Shown here in pieces: positions 1 through 10,093 of a stretch of DNA of 64,000 nucleotides. Below the pieces are notes generated by a model. It saw nothing but the letters and a program-made list of their open reading frames with translations. It was not told the origin of the DNA and ran no database searches. A program made the translations under genes and the position numbers. Every line of letters starts with the position of its first letter. Within the stretch, counting starts at the first letter, position 1. Source of the stretch: Escherichia phage Killian; sequence record OQ446694.1; one strand, written 5' to 3'.

Positions 1-230
1 TCATGATTAAACCAATTATAATCGTACGCCAAATCCATTAGATTATAATATGTAAAAGGCACCGGATTAACATCATTAGTCACAAGCATATAATTAGTAA
101 CTGCTATAATTTCATTGTTTTTAACGAATACAAACCGTGATTGATGTGAATGACCCGGACCCGCGTTTTCACGATTAATGATATAACACTGGGCACCTTT
201 ATATTTGTATGTATCTTTACACTTGTGCAT
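1..230 (-). CDS. hypothetical early protein, C-terminus beyond window edge (T4 61.x-like position)
   Basis: minus-strand ATG at 228-230; frame stays open to the window start. Confidence 0.3.
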   Translation of the reverse strand, partial: MHKCKDTYKYKGAQCYIINRENAGPGHSHQSRFVFVKNNEIIAVTNYMLVTNDVNPVPFTYYNLMDLAYDYNWFNH

Positions 231-241
231 TTGATAGAGCA

Positions 242-535
242 TTATTCACCTACCACTTCAGCGATGATATTTTTATTATTAAAGTTTTTATCGCAATACA
301 GAACATAATTATACTGCATTACACCACCAGACTTAAGTTGTTTTTGCACCTCAGCTTTCATTTCAGGACGATCACGCTCAACGATATTCATAATATCTGC
401 TTCAATTTGAGTTTCAACCTCAGTCTGGTCTGCAGTCATAGACCACTCACACAAATCTTTATCATAACCTGCCATAGCAGGCTGAGCAGCACAAGAAGAT
501 AAAGCAAAAATTGCAGCAAAGATAAATTTTTTCAT
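242..535 (-). CDS. small secreted/lipoprotein-like protein (T4 61.x position)
   Basis: 97 aa ORF; hydrophobic N-terminal signal with LSSC lipobox-like motif. Confidence 0.5.
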   Translation of the reverse strand: MKKFIFAAIFALSSCAAQPAMAGYDKDLCEWSMTADQTEVETQIEADIMNIVERDRPEMKAEVQKQLKSGGVMQYNYVLYCDKNFNNKNIIAEVVGE

Positions 536-593
536 GATAATCTCCTCAGTAGTTTATGTTTATAGTATCTCAATTTCCAATAAAAGTAAACAA

Positions 594-893
594 TTATTTT
601 AAAACTTCTGCATAATCACATGCTACAAACTGTTTCTCTAACTTGACGATTTTACGAAAGTATCTTTTGCATTGACGAATCTGTCGCTTCGTAGGGCGCA
701 CAGCAAACTTAATAAATTCCACTCGACCAAATGGAGGACTTTCTTCTGCTGGAATATCTAATACTAATTCCCACGTATCTGCAATAAGTGCTTTGAATTG
801 AGTATTTTTCCTAACATTATACGGAGTAGGTTTAAATAAAACGATATGCATATTATCCTCGGCAATCCACTTCGCATACTTTCTTGTCATCAA
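594..893 (-). CDS. hypothetical basic protein (T4 61.4-like position, next to dmd)
   Basis: 99 aa ORF; Lys/Arg-rich C-terminal part. Confidence 0.45.
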   Translation of the reverse strand: MMTRKYAKWIAEDNMHIVLFKPTPYNVRKNTQFKALIADTWELVLDIPAEESPPFGRVEFIKFAVRPTKRQIRQCKRYFRKIVKLEKQFVACDYAEVLK

Positions 894-1035
894 TGAAAGC
901 TTTAACTAGTGCTTTATTAACTTCAGCATATTGATTAGTAGCCCAGTGAACGTCATCTTTCATCATTGTGATTTCTTTAGTAAACATGCTTTCATTCTTA
1001 AACCACCCCATAAAAACTACCTTTACCAATTCCAT
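853..1035 (-). CDS. dmd: Dmd antitoxin-like protein (inhibitor of RnlA/LsoA toxins)
   Basis: 60 aa, MELVKVVFMGWFKNE..., matches recalled T4 Dmd in length and sequence; sits immediately downstream of gene 41. Confidence 0.7.
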   Translation of the reverse strand: MELVKVVFMGWFKNESMFTKEITMMKDDVHWATNQYAEVNKALVKAFIDDKKVCEVDCRG

Positions 1036-1093
1036 AACAATCTCCTCATTTAACCAACAAGACTACTATACCATAGTCTTGTCAGCTTGTAAA

Positions 1094-2521
1094 CTAAAAT
1101 TTTAATTCATTTGCCAAAGCATCTAACTGAGCTCGAGCGGATTCGTTTCTTTGATAGCGATTCTGTTCAGCCTGAATCTGCTGTGAACCTGCTACTTCGT
1201 TCACTTCAGTTGGAGTAGAATCTTGTTCAATTTCTACCCATTTCTGATTTCCTTTTTGAACACCCATCAAAAACTTATTCCATTTATTCTTATCACCGTA
1301 TCGTGATTTGATTTGCTTAATGAGTTGTTGTTCAGCAGCTGCTAGCTCCTCGGTTTCAATGACCGCAAGCATAAAATCGGCTGTTGCTGGAAGGCCGGCA
1401 GATTCTGCAATATCGCTCATGTTAACATCAGAAGAGTCCCAAGCTTGTTTACCAACCTGTGCTGCGGTCCAAAGAACAGTTTCGGTTTCAACAGCCAGAG
1501 CACGCAATTCCTCTGCGATAGCTTTAACAGTTGTGTAACTATTTTCTGAATAAACTCTGATGCGGCAAGATTTACAAATACCCAGATAGTCAACAATAAT
1601 GATTGTTGGAACAAAATTCTTCTTGAGCTTCAATTCATTCAAGAGAGACCTGAATGTATTAGCGTCTGCTCCACCAGTAGGATACTGTTTAACGATTAAA
1701 CGTCCAAGAGTAGATTTCTCACGCCATTTTTCCATTTTTCCTTTATACTCAGCGTAAGAAATATGCCCATCATCAATGTCATCAAGAGAAACATCAAGCA
1801 TATTAGCATCAATACGCTTAGCACAGACTTCTTCTGCCATTTCCATGGAAATGTAAAGAACATTATGTCCGAGCTGCAAATAATCTGCTGCCAATGAACA
1901 CAGACCTAATGACTTACCGACGTTAACACCAGCCATTAAAACGTTCAGTGTTCCAGTTTCAGCTCCGCCTTTAGTAATTTTATTTAGAATTTTGAGTTTA
2001 AATGGAACCTTACGAGCTTTATTCATATAAGATAGCCAACGTGCTTCGTAGTCATCCATCCAATCATGACCAACGTAACTATCAAATGAAATTGATAATG
2101 CTTGGCGCATGATGTCAGGAATAGCACCAACATCCGGCATTTTCTTATTTCGTTTTTCCGGAGGAAGCTCAGCATTAGTTTGAATTTCAATTATTTTAGA
2201 TGTGGCGTTAAACATCGCCCTTTGCTGAACATATTTTTCTGTTTCTTTTACTAACCAACTATGGTCTTCTGGCGAATCGGCCAGTTTTGAAATAAGTGTT
2301 TTTACACCAGAATATTCTGTTTCAGTAAATGAACTATTTTCTAATGCAACATTTAACGCATTAATAGATGGAACGCTATGGTATTCATTAACATGAGATT
2401 TAATTAATTTGAATGTATTTTTAGCTGGACCACTTTCAAAATATTCTGAATCCATATATGGCCAAACTTTTGAAAAATAAGCTTGATCAAATATGAGATG
2501 GGAAAGAATAATTTCTACCAC
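1094..2521 (-). CDS. 41: replicative DNA helicase gp41 (DnaB family)
   Basis: 475 aa; Walker A GVNVGKS; same length as T4 gp41 as recalled. Confidence 0.95.
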   Translation of the reverse strand: MVEIILSHLIFDQAYFSKVWPYMDSEYFESGPAKNTFKLIKSHVNEYHSVPSINALNVALENSSFTETEYSGVKTLISKLADSPEDHSWLVKETEKYVQQRAMFNATSKIIEIQTNAELPPEKRNKKMPDVGAIPDIMRQALSISFDSYVGHDWMDDYEARWLSYMNKARKVPFKLKILNKITKGGAETGTLNVLMAGVNVGKSLGLCSLAADYLQLGHNVLYISMEMAEEVCAKRIDANMLDVSLDDIDDGHISYAEYKGKMEKWREKSTLGRLIVKQYPTGGADANTFRSLLNELKLKKNFVPTIIIVDYLGICKSCRIRVYSENSYTTVKAIAEELRALAVETETVLWTAAQVGKQAWDSSDVNMSDIAESAGLPATADFMLAVIETEELAAAEQQLIKQIKSRYGDKNKWNKFLMGVQKGNQKWVEIEQDSTPTEVNEVAGSQQIQAEQNRYQRNESARAQLDALANELKF

Positions 2522-2530
2522 ACTTACTCC

Positions 2531-2893
2531 TTAAAAGAATTTAAATTTTTTCTTTGACCTTTTATTAAATGCATCTTGTAGTTGCATTGTAATACATTTT
2601 TCTACATGAGGAGCTAACTCAGCTTTTCTTTCTTGGTCAAGAACAGCAAAGTCCATTACGACTTTTCCATCAACCCAATCTAATTTTGTCACATACACAA
2701 TGTGTGTAGAACCATCTTCTAGTTTAATGACAATCTCCTGGATAACATTTTCCATGGCAGATTTAATTATCTTAAGAGATTCATTAAAAAGACGTTCTTT
2801 TCTTTCTTCTTCCCCCTCCGAAGAGGGGGATTCATCGATAATTTCTAGATCTAAATCTAAATCATCTTTATTCATTAAATTCTTCCATATCAC
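2531..2893 (-). CDS. 40: gp40 head vertex assembly chaperone
   Basis: 120 aa acidic protein between uvsX and 41, as in T4. Confidence 0.7.
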   Translation of the reverse strand: MIWKNLMNKDDLDLDLEIIDESPSSEGEEERKERLFNESLKIIKSAMENVIQEIVIKLEDGSTHIVYVTKLDWVDGKVVMDFAVLDQERKAELAPHVEKCITMQLQDAFNKRSKKKFKFF

Positions 2894-4049
2894 TTAACTG
2901 ATCTAGGTCAGTTTCTAAATCAGCTGCTGATTTACTTTTACTTTCTGGAGATTTAAATTTTTCAACCTTTGAGTTAATCAATTCATCAACTTCAGCTTCA
3001 ACAATTTCATTACTATCAATAGCACCTAACTGATAAGCACGTTTAATAGCATCTCGGAATGGTTGATGCTTAAATAAAGGACCCCAGAATGTAGTGCAAT
3101 TGGTATCTTTTGCACGCCAAGATTTTTCTTCGCGAATCATCTCGCCAGTTTCTTCGTCAAGAAATTCACGAGCATACCAGCCATTTTTAGGTTTTACCAC
3201 AAATCCTAATTCAAGAGCCATATCTAACAATCCAGAATAAGGATCGATGCCACCGTCAAATTTAACATCAATAAAGAATTTACTTTTTTCTTTAACGGTA
3301 CGAGATTTTTCTACATTTAGAACAAATTGATACCCCTGAAGATCAGAACCATCTTTAATCTGGCGCTTACCGATAATGAATACAGTATCAGCCGAATACA
3401 TTACGCCTGTACCACCTGTCATCACGGTTTTACTAAACATTTCAATTGTTTCAATTGTATGGTTAACCGCAACACACGGAATGTTTTTAATACTAAAATA
3501 AGGAGTAACAATACGGAATAATGACTTCAGTGATTTAGCACGAGTCATATCTGCCACAGATTTTTCATTCAAGGCATCTTCCGTTTCTTTCTTAGAAGCC
3601 ATATTACCAATTGAGTCGATGAATACAATAACTTTTTCACCACGCTCAATAGCTTCAAGCTGATTCACCATATCAATTTTCAGCTGTTCAACTGACTGAA
3701 TTGGTGTATGAATTACTCGTTCCGGGTCAACTCCCATGGATCGCAAATAAGCTGGAGTAATACCAAATTCGCTATCATAGAATAGACATACCGCGTCAGG
3801 ATATTTGTTCAAATACGCCGCAACCATAGTCAAAGACATATTTGATTTAAAGTGTTTAGAAGGACCTGCAAAAATGGTTAAACCAGACTGCATACCACCA
3901 TCAATCGCACCAGAAATAGCGATATTAAGCATTGGGATTTTTGTACGGATTACATCCTTTTCATTAAAGAATTTAGATGTAGTCAGTTCAGCAGTCATTT
4001 TAGAAGTGGAAGCTTTAATCAAACGGGATTTTAAATCTGCAATAGACAT
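2868..4049 (-). CDS. uvsX: UvsX recombinase (RecA/Rad51 family)
   Basis: 393 aa; RecA-like core; T4 position. Confidence 0.95.
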   Translation of the reverse strand: MSIADLKSRLIKASTSKMTAELTTSKFFNEKDVIRTKIPMLNIAISGAIDGGMQSGLTIFAGPSKHFKSNMSLTMVAAYLNKYPDAVCLFYDSEFGITPAYLRSMGVDPERVIHTPIQSVEQLKIDMVNQLEAIERGEKVIVFIDSIGNMASKKETEDALNEKSVADMTRAKSLKSLFRIVTPYFSIKNIPCVAVNHTIETIEMFSKTVMTGGTGVMYSADTVFIIGKRQIKDGSDLQGYQFVLNVEKSRTVKEKSKFFIDVKFDGGIDPYSGLLDMALELGFVVKPKNGWYAREFLDEETGEMIREEKSWRAKDTNCTTFWGPLFKHQPFRDAIKRAYQLGAIDSNEIVEAEVDELINSKVEKFKSPESKSKSAADLETDLDQLSDMEEFNE

Positions 4050-4126
4050 TCATTTTTTCCATAGGCATCATTATATTTTCCTCACTGGTTAAAGATAAAG
4101 TAATTATAACACAATAAATTTAGGCA

Positions 4127-4975
4127 TTAATCAACTGCTATTGGATGAATAGCATTAAACTTATGAAACGCTTCTGATTTTTCTTTGCGCGAAACACACA
4201 TGCGAAGAACCTTTAATGGCTCGTCTTCTTCACCTAATGATTTTCGTTTTTCAATATTAGAAGTTTTCCAACGAGCTTGCTCTGGAAACTCTCTATTGAT
4301 TTGCTCAAGAGCTCTATTATGTTTTGAATTACTACGAATTGAACTACATCCGCCTGGAGCTTGTGCTTTTCCAGATACAACCAGATATTTGAACAAGGCC
4401 AAATGCGGATAACCTTGATTAATTAAATTGAGAAATGCATACATATCTTCGCATAAATCAATTTTTCCATACCCAATTTGTTCTGTCGTAAGTTTTCCAA
4501 GGTCATACCATGTATTCGTGAATCCATATGAATTTTCACGATAATTACCCCAAGATGAAGTAATTTTAAAAATTGGTAAACGAGCATGACCATGATAATA
4601 CCCGCAATCCATGGCATCTTCAACGTATTGAATCAATTCATAGAACTGTTCACGAGTTAATTGATTAATTTTATCTACGCAGCGACGATCATCTTTCTTT
4701 CGCATTGAACTCATACGAATAGTAGTATCATCATCAATCATCCAGATTCGTTGGCCTGCATACATATCAGTAATTGCTTTACGAGTACCAGCAATTCCAT
4801 TAACATCATCAGGAATAGTTATAATTTTGGCTCTAGACCCGTAAGCGTCATAATAAGCTTTTTCTTCGTGTTCACGTACTACAATATGCGGTTCATAATC
4901 AGATGGAAACATATCAAGGGCAGAAACTGCCCCTACGCGTTGATAGCTTGGAATTACGAATTGAATCATTTCCAC
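4127..4975 (-). CDS. putative DNA glycosyltransferase with DxD motif (not T4 beta-gt; possibly T2/T6-type beta-glucosyl-HMC alpha-glucosyltransferase)
   Basis: 282 aa; IWMIDDD DxD motif; occupies the uvsX-42 slot where T4 has beta-gt. Confidence 0.5.
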   Translation of the reverse strand: MEMIQFVIPSYQRVGAVSALDMFPSDYEPHIVVREHEEKAYYDAYGSRAKIITIPDDVNGIAGTRKAITDMYAGQRIWMIDDDTTIRMSSMRKKDDRRCVDKINQLTREQFYELIQYVEDAMDCGYYHGHARLPIFKITSSWGNYRENSYGFTNTWYDLGKLTTEQIGYGKIDLCEDMYAFLNLINQGYPHLALFKYLVVSGKAQAPGGCSSIRSNSKHNRALEQINREFPEQARWKTSNIEKRKSLGEEDEPLKVLRMCVSRKEKSEAFHKFNAIHPIAVD

Positions 4976-5706
4976 TCACCGTTATAATCTTTTTTCGCAA
5001 TATGAGTTTCGCCAGTTTTCCACCAATGGTCAACCAAATAAAAATGACGGGAATACACATGAAGGCTTCCGACATTCCATATAATGGAACCTGCTTTATA
5101 CTGACGAGTTGAATCACCTGCATTCAAATCAGATACTAATTTATCTAGTACGTATTTTTGCCATGCATAATCATTACGGAATCCGAAAACCACGTCATTT
5201 GAACGCATGCTTACTACTGCATTGACTTTCTTATCACGAATCAGGTACTGTACTGTATTAGTACACATGAAATCTGACATACCATCTTTATTGTAGTCAA
5301 ACTGCATGGATGGACGAGTATAAATCATGATACCACGCCGAGAATCAGGATTTTGACCAAGCTCAGCTAAACACATATCATACTGGGCATAGTTATCTTC
5401 TGACCAGATGGCCCAACCATAATTCGAGTTAATTTCGCCTTTAGAAGATGCTACCTGTTGCCAAATCTTTGGTGTTTCACCTGGAATATCTTTAACAAAC
5501 AGACTTTGAGACTTATACCATTCAAGTTCACGTTGAATGTATTCATCATTAAGAGCGCCAAAAATAAACGGTTCATCTGCTACAAATGATGCACCAATAA
5601 TTTCAATAGTTTTAACACCAGTTTTATCAACTACGAAATCTTTTTCCTTTAATGCAAGCCCCAAATGAAGACGGATTTCTTCAACTGTCATAGAGTCACT
5701 AATCAT
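4966..5706 (-). CDS. 42: dCMP hydroxymethylase gp42
   Basis: 246 aa; thymidylate-synthase-like fold; T4 length and position. Confidence 0.95.
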   Translation of the reverse strand: MISDSMTVEEIRLHLGLALKEKDFVVDKTGVKTIEIIGASFVADEPFIFGALNDEYIQRELEWYKSQSLFVKDIPGETPKIWQQVASSKGEINSNYGWAIWSEDNYAQYDMCLAELGQNPDSRRGIMIYTRPSMQFDYNKDGMSDFMCTNTVQYLIRDKKVNAVVSMRSNDVVFGFRNDYAWQKYVLDKLVSDLNAGDSTRQYKAGSIIWNVGSLHVYSRHFYLVDHWWKTGETHIAKKDYNGEWK

Positions 5707-5804
5707 TTAAACCTCAATTGATACATTCATATTTAACTTGTAACAGTAATAAACCCCAACCTATAATAAGTGTCGGAATCATAAGAGGAACTGTTACGCT
5801 ATAG

Positions 5805-5840
5805 TATATACTTATTATAATCATCAAGATTAAAAGCAAT
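5805..5840 (-). promoter_or_regulatory. candidate MotA-dependent middle promoter for gene 42
   Basis: -10 TATAAT with TGCTTTT (MotA-box-like) about 20 nt upstream. Confidence 0.3.
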
Positions 5841-5859
5841 ACTGCTAAAATTTTGCTTT

Positions 5860-6111
5860 TCATTCCTTCTCTCTGATGATAATTACTTGGTTTTGCTGTG
5901 CAGATTTTTTAGTTTCACCCGCAATTGACCAAATAAATGTAATAAACCAACCAATGATTGACCAGTTAAACAGTAAAGATGTGAAAAAGATTCCTACTGT
6001 CGATTTTGACCCACGCATCAAGGCGATGAACCACGGAAGCATGTATATAATAATAGCCAACACGCCTGAAACTAAAACCATAAAAATTGAACCTGCTACT
6101 AAAGTTTCCAT
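5860..6111 (-). CDS. imm: Imm immunity/superinfection exclusion membrane protein
   Basis: 83 aa with two hydrophobic helices; T4 position. Confidence 0.8.
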   Translation of the reverse strand: METLVAGSIFMVLVSGVLAIIIYMLPWFIALMRGSKSTVGIFFTSLLFNWSIIGWFITFIWSIAGETKKSAQQNQVIIIREKE

Positions 6112-6118
6112 GTTTTCC

Positions 6119-6499
6119 TCACTTAGTCAAATTTTTTACGCATGAATTATAAGAATTCACTACATACTCCATTGGAGCATTTTTACCAGTACGCCATTGG
6201 TAATTATTAGCCCAATTAGCCCAAAGTTCGGCGCAGTAGTTTTCAATTTTTTCTTCGCGTGTAATTACATCCGAATTACGATATGCTTGGGCAGATTCAT
6301 CTGGACGAATAGCTTCATCAAAATTCGCCTGCATTTGTTCTACTGTCTGTTTTGGAGCTTCTTTATAACACTTGACGTTAGGATTATAAAATTTGCTTGA
6401 ACAGTTTACAATTTTTCCTACATCAGACTGATTTACTACCGGTCCTTGAGCTACACAGCCAGTAAGACCTAATGCAATAACCAAAATAGCAATTTTCAT
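6119..6499 (-). CDS. lipoprotein (imm.1-like position)
   Basis: 126 aa; signal peptide with LTGC lipobox. Confidence 0.5.
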   Translation of the reverse strand: MKIAILVIALGLTGCVAQGPVVNQSDVGKIVNCSSKFYNPNVKCYKEAPKQTVEQMQANFDEAIRPDESAQAYRNSDVITREEKIENYCAELWANWANNYQWRTGKNAPMEYVVNSYNSCVKNLTK

Positions 6500-6509
6500 A
6501 ATAATTTCC

Positions 6510-6775
6510 TCAAATACAAGTAGTAATTACTCCAGTAGTGCTTACACAGGTATTACCTAATTGAACACCAAGCGTTCCATTAGTATTCATATGAAGATTA
6601 TCATCAATTTTTGTTGATACTTTACCATTCATGTGAATAACAGTATTAGATTCAATCACATTCTGAGTGTCATTTTCAATATCAATAAATGGAACAGCTG
6701 CTAATGCAACTAGAACAACTGCTAATGCAACTAAACACGCTGCTAAACAACCATAAACAATTTTCATTTTATTCT
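6510..6775 (-). CDS. small membrane-anchored protein
   Basis: track ORF 6510..6956 over-extends into gene 43; MKIVYG start at about 6775 has a GGAG Shine-Dalgarno and follows the early promoter. Confidence 0.45.
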
Positions 6776-6794
6776 CCAAATCCGTATCAGTTGA

Positions 6795-6835
6795 TAGTTG
6801 TATAGTACCACGGAAGAACAGGGATGTAAATAGTT
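6795..6835 (-). promoter_or_regulatory. T4-type early promoter cassette (-35 GTTTACA, 17 nt spacer, -10 TACTAT)
   Basis: reverse complement reads GTTTACATCCCTGTTCTTCCGTGGTACTATAC with A-rich upstream region. Confidence 0.6.
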
Positions 6836-6918
6836 TTGTGAAAAAATTTTTAATGAATTTACAGGACCTAGAATCATCTATTTTTCTTAAGTATAGATTT
6901 ATATTACTTGTATGAAAA

Positions 6919-6936
6919 AGGGACCCGGAGGTCCCT
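6919..6936 (-). terminator. stable hairpin downstream of gene 43
   Basis: AGGGACC-CGGA-GGTCCCT inverted repeat. Confidence 0.45.
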
Positions 6937-6948
6937 AGATTTATTCTA

Positions 6949-9645
6949 TCAGCCAAACAGGAAGTCTAACGAAGCTTTTTCTTCATAGTCCATACCCGCC
7001 GATTCACACATGCCCGCAAGCGGTTTAACAAACGATTTTTGGAACAAAGTTGAGTAGTCAATCCAAGACAGTACATCAGAACGAATTTCTTTTGGAAGTT
7101 CTGTGCCTGATGGCCAAGCAATGCACTTGTCACCAAATGGATTTCCTTCACGTAATGGAAGAACCATTACCTTATTTCCATCCAAAATTGGAGCTACACC
7201 TAAACCGCTAACAGCTCGACGATAAGTTAGCACACCACGAATATGGAACGGACATTTAAATCCTGGCCAACCTTTATCATCATATTTCGCTATATCGTTC
7301 GCAGTTTTTACTTCAGCAATAACTTTATAGTCAAGTTGACGATATTCTTTCTCAAAGTTCTTGTAGTATTCTTGGACAGACTCTTCGCCTTCCTGAAGAA
7401 TACGACGAATACTTTCTTCGAGAGCTTCTTGTACTGCTTTTGGTGTTGAACTCTGCTGAGTTTCCATACCCATGATTTTTAGATGTGGTTCAGCAAATCG
7501 CTTATCTTCCATATCATAAACGTTCAGAGCATAACGTTTTTTCGCTTTCCAAAATCCACCAACACCCTTTGAACCAAGCGGAGGACAAGAAATAGCTTCA
7601 CGGTCCATATGCATCAGATGCTCGCGGTTATTCATATAATCACATAACTCACGATATGCAACATCAATCATAGGTTCCATCTTTTTCTTACCAAACTGAT
7701 TCATGAATTCAACTAAATCATTTTGTTCTTTAAAGCGATCAAGACCTACTTTTTCAATTACTTTATCTACACAAACATATACCGAATCAGTATCACCTGC
7801 TGCGATGAAATCTTCACCATTAGTTCCACACACTTTATTTAGATATTCATTAATTTTGCGAGCAATCCACTGAATACCGACTTGACCGAAAATTGTGATA
7901 GCAGTAGCATTTCGCAAATCATAGTAGCGGAAATGAATATTACCAAGAGCACCATAAAGACTGTTAATAAGAATTTTACGGTTCAGCTGATTTGTGTTAG
8001 CAAGTGTAGCAGCTTTTTCACATTCTTCAATCAGACTGTTAAGAACAGATTCGGTGTAATTCGATAATTCGTTTAAGAAATCATCATTGAACTTAACATA
8101 TCGTTCAACTTCCGGTTTAGTTGAACAAGACCCTGCACCTTTCATAATAATCTTTTTAATAGCTTCGGCATTCATTTCTTCAGCGAACATTTTCTTTTTC
8201 CAATCTTTACGCTGGAAAAATACTTTAGCGATTTCCTTTGGAATGATACCTTCTTGATGCTTATCATACATCCATCCATTCGGAGAACAAGAATATTCAT
8301 CACTTGGCTTAGGAGCTGTTCCTGCGATATATTCATGAATTGGATGAACTTTAAATTGCCCGCGAATAGTCTCAGGACTAATGTTAACCTGACGAATAAT
8401 GCTAGGATACAGAGACGTCAAGTCAAAACTCATAATGTATCGACGAGCAATCGGTTTAGGTTCAAACACAAATGCACCTGGAAAACTCTGTTTAACGTGC
8501 GAACCTTGTTGAGGAATAACCTTATGTTCACCTTTCAGTGAGTTAAAAATAATAGCATCCCAAGTTTTAATAGGACTCATTACACCAGAAAAAGGCATTT
8601 TAGCGTAATAAGACATACTTAAAACTAGATCGATAAACCCACGAATTTTATCAATTGCTTGAACTGATTCTACGTCAATGATGTTATAACTAATGTATCG
8701 TTGATGATTAGTCTCACGAAGTTTATTAATAGGACCATCGTACGGCAATTTACCTTTTTTGGTTTCATGTTGAGCAACTGATTCCAAAGAGAACGATGGC
8801 AAATTAGTAAATGCGAATTTCTTGTACAAATCTAAATAATCAAGAATAGATACGCCATCAATAGAATAAATTTCTTTACTACCGTACATATTTTGAATTA
8901 GTTTAGATTTTACTCGACCGATTGGAGAGAAACGTTTCATACTACGTTCACCGAGAACCATTTTAACACGATTCATGATATACGGAACGTCAAATCCCTC
9001 AATATTCCAACCAGTAAAAATAGCAGGTCGTTTCTGTTCCCAGAGATTAATATATTCCATGAGCATATCACGCTCATTATCAAATGGCATATAAATTACT
9101 CGGTCAAGAATTTCTTGAGGAACTTCATCACCACCTTCACAGTCAAGCTTAGCAGCTAACTTTGCGTCCCATTTTGATACTGAACCGTACATTGAATTCA
9201 ACAAATCAAAGACGTAAAAACGATCGTCAATTGAATCATAATGAGTGATAGCATCAATTTCATATTCTGCTTTCATTGGGTCAGGAAATTTATCACCAGT
9301 AACCTCAATGTCACAGTTAGCTACACGAACAAATTTTCGGTCATAAACAATTTCTGAACCATATGTATCACTGATATAAGCGAGTTTAAAATCGTTCATA
9401 CCGAGAGCTTCGAGACCAATGTCTTCCATTCGTTTCATCCAGTCTCGTGCATCTTTCATTGATGGAAATTTTTGAGGAGCACAATTTTTACCATAAATGT
9501 CTTTGTATTTTGACTCTTCCTTACAATGCCTAAACATAGTCGGAAGATATTCTACTTCACGGGTACGTTCCTTTCCATTTTCATCAATATAACGTTCAAC
9601 AATATTATTTCCGACTGTTTCGATAGAGATATAAAATTCTTTCAT
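6949..9645 (-). CDS. 43: DNA polymerase gp43 (family B)
   Basis: 898 aa; exo and pol motifs including YGDTDS; T4 length. Confidence 0.97.
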   Translation of the reverse strand: MKEFYISIETVGNNIVERYIDENGKERTREVEYLPTMFRHCKEESKYKDIYGKNCAPQKFPSMKDARDWMKRMEDIGLEALGMNDFKLAYISDTYGSEIVYDRKFVRVANCDIEVTGDKFPDPMKAEYEIDAITHYDSIDDRFYVFDLLNSMYGSVSKWDAKLAAKLDCEGGDEVPQEILDRVIYMPFDNERDMLMEYINLWEQKRPAIFTGWNIEGFDVPYIMNRVKMVLGERSMKRFSPIGRVKSKLIQNMYGSKEIYSIDGVSILDYLDLYKKFAFTNLPSFSLESVAQHETKKGKLPYDGPINKLRETNHQRYISYNIIDVESVQAIDKIRGFIDLVLSMSYYAKMPFSGVMSPIKTWDAIIFNSLKGEHKVIPQQGSHVKQSFPGAFVFEPKPIARRYIMSFDLTSLYPSIIRQVNISPETIRGQFKVHPIHEYIAGTAPKPSDEYSCSPNGWMYDKHQEGIIPKEIAKVFFQRKDWKKKMFAEEMNAEAIKKIIMKGAGSCSTKPEVERYVKFNDDFLNELSNYTESVLNSLIEECEKAATLANTNQLNRKILINSLYGALGNIHFRYYDLRNATAITIFGQVGIQWIARKINEYLNKVCGTNGEDFIAAGDTDSVYVCVDKVIEKVGLDRFKEQNDLVEFMNQFGKKKMEPMIDVAYRELCDYMNNREHLMHMDREAISCPPLGSKGVGGFWKAKKRYALNVYDMEDKRFAEPHLKIMGMETQQSSTPKAVQEALEESIRRILQEGEESVQEYYKNFEKEYRQLDYKVIAEVKTANDIAKYDDKGWPGFKCPFHIRGVLTYRRAVSGLGVAPILDGNKVMVLPLREGNPFGDKCIAWPSGTELPKEIRSDVLSWIDYSTLFQKSFVKPLAGMCESAGMDYEEKASLDFLFG

Positions 9646-9703
9646 AGATATTCCTTAGTTTATAGCCCGAGTTATTAGGCTCTTGATATATTATACTCCA
9701 AAT

Positions 9704-9721
9704 AAGGGGCCGAAGCCCCTT
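9704..9721 (-). terminator. C(UUCG)G tetraloop hairpin between 43 and regA
   Basis: GGGGC-CGAA-GCCCC on plus, giving UUCG loop in minus-strand RNA. Confidence 0.5.
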
Positions 9722-9723
9722 GC

Positions 9724-10092
9724 TTAATTACCAATCGTATATTTTGGAACGAGTTTCCATTCATGTTTTTGTTTAAAAGAAATAACTCGGAAGTTATTGG
9801 TTAAATCTTTCATAAAAGTTCTTTGACCAGGAACGATTTCAATCAGTCCCCAATCTTCTAACAGCCACGCAATCGAATCACGACGAACTTCATCTTCTTC
9901 TGTCATTTCAACCTGACGGCCATCCATACGAAGCATTTCTTTAAAATGAACGATATAGTATAGTCCTTTTTTCTGAAGAATATGACAGGACTGATACAGA
10001 ACTTTATCTTTATTATTAGCAATTCCCATACGAGTCAAGGTTTCTTTTACTTTCAGAAAATCTTCAGGTTTTTTAAGAGTAATTTCAATCAT
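9724..10092 (-). CDS. regA: RegA translational repressor
   Basis: 122 aa; T4 position between 43 and 62. Confidence 0.9.
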   Translation of the reverse strand: MIEITLKKPEDFLKVKETLTRMGIANNKDKVLYQSCHILQKKGLYYIVHFKEMLRMDGRQVEMTEEDEVRRDSIAWLLEDWGLIEIVPGQRTFMKDLTNNFRVISFKQKHEWKLVPKYTIGN

Positions 10093-10093
10093 T

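Noticed and set aside
1308-1538. Plus-strand ORFs of 60-100 aa throughout 1-58700 (e.g. 1308..1538, 3327..3521, 11677..12093, 28537..28779)
   Set aside because: All antisense to dense minus-strand coding sequence; none has promoter or SD context
6510-6956. 148 aa ORF overlapping the end of gene 43
   Set aside because: Upstream half runs through the early promoter and overlaps gp43; trimmed to the MKIVYG start at about 6775
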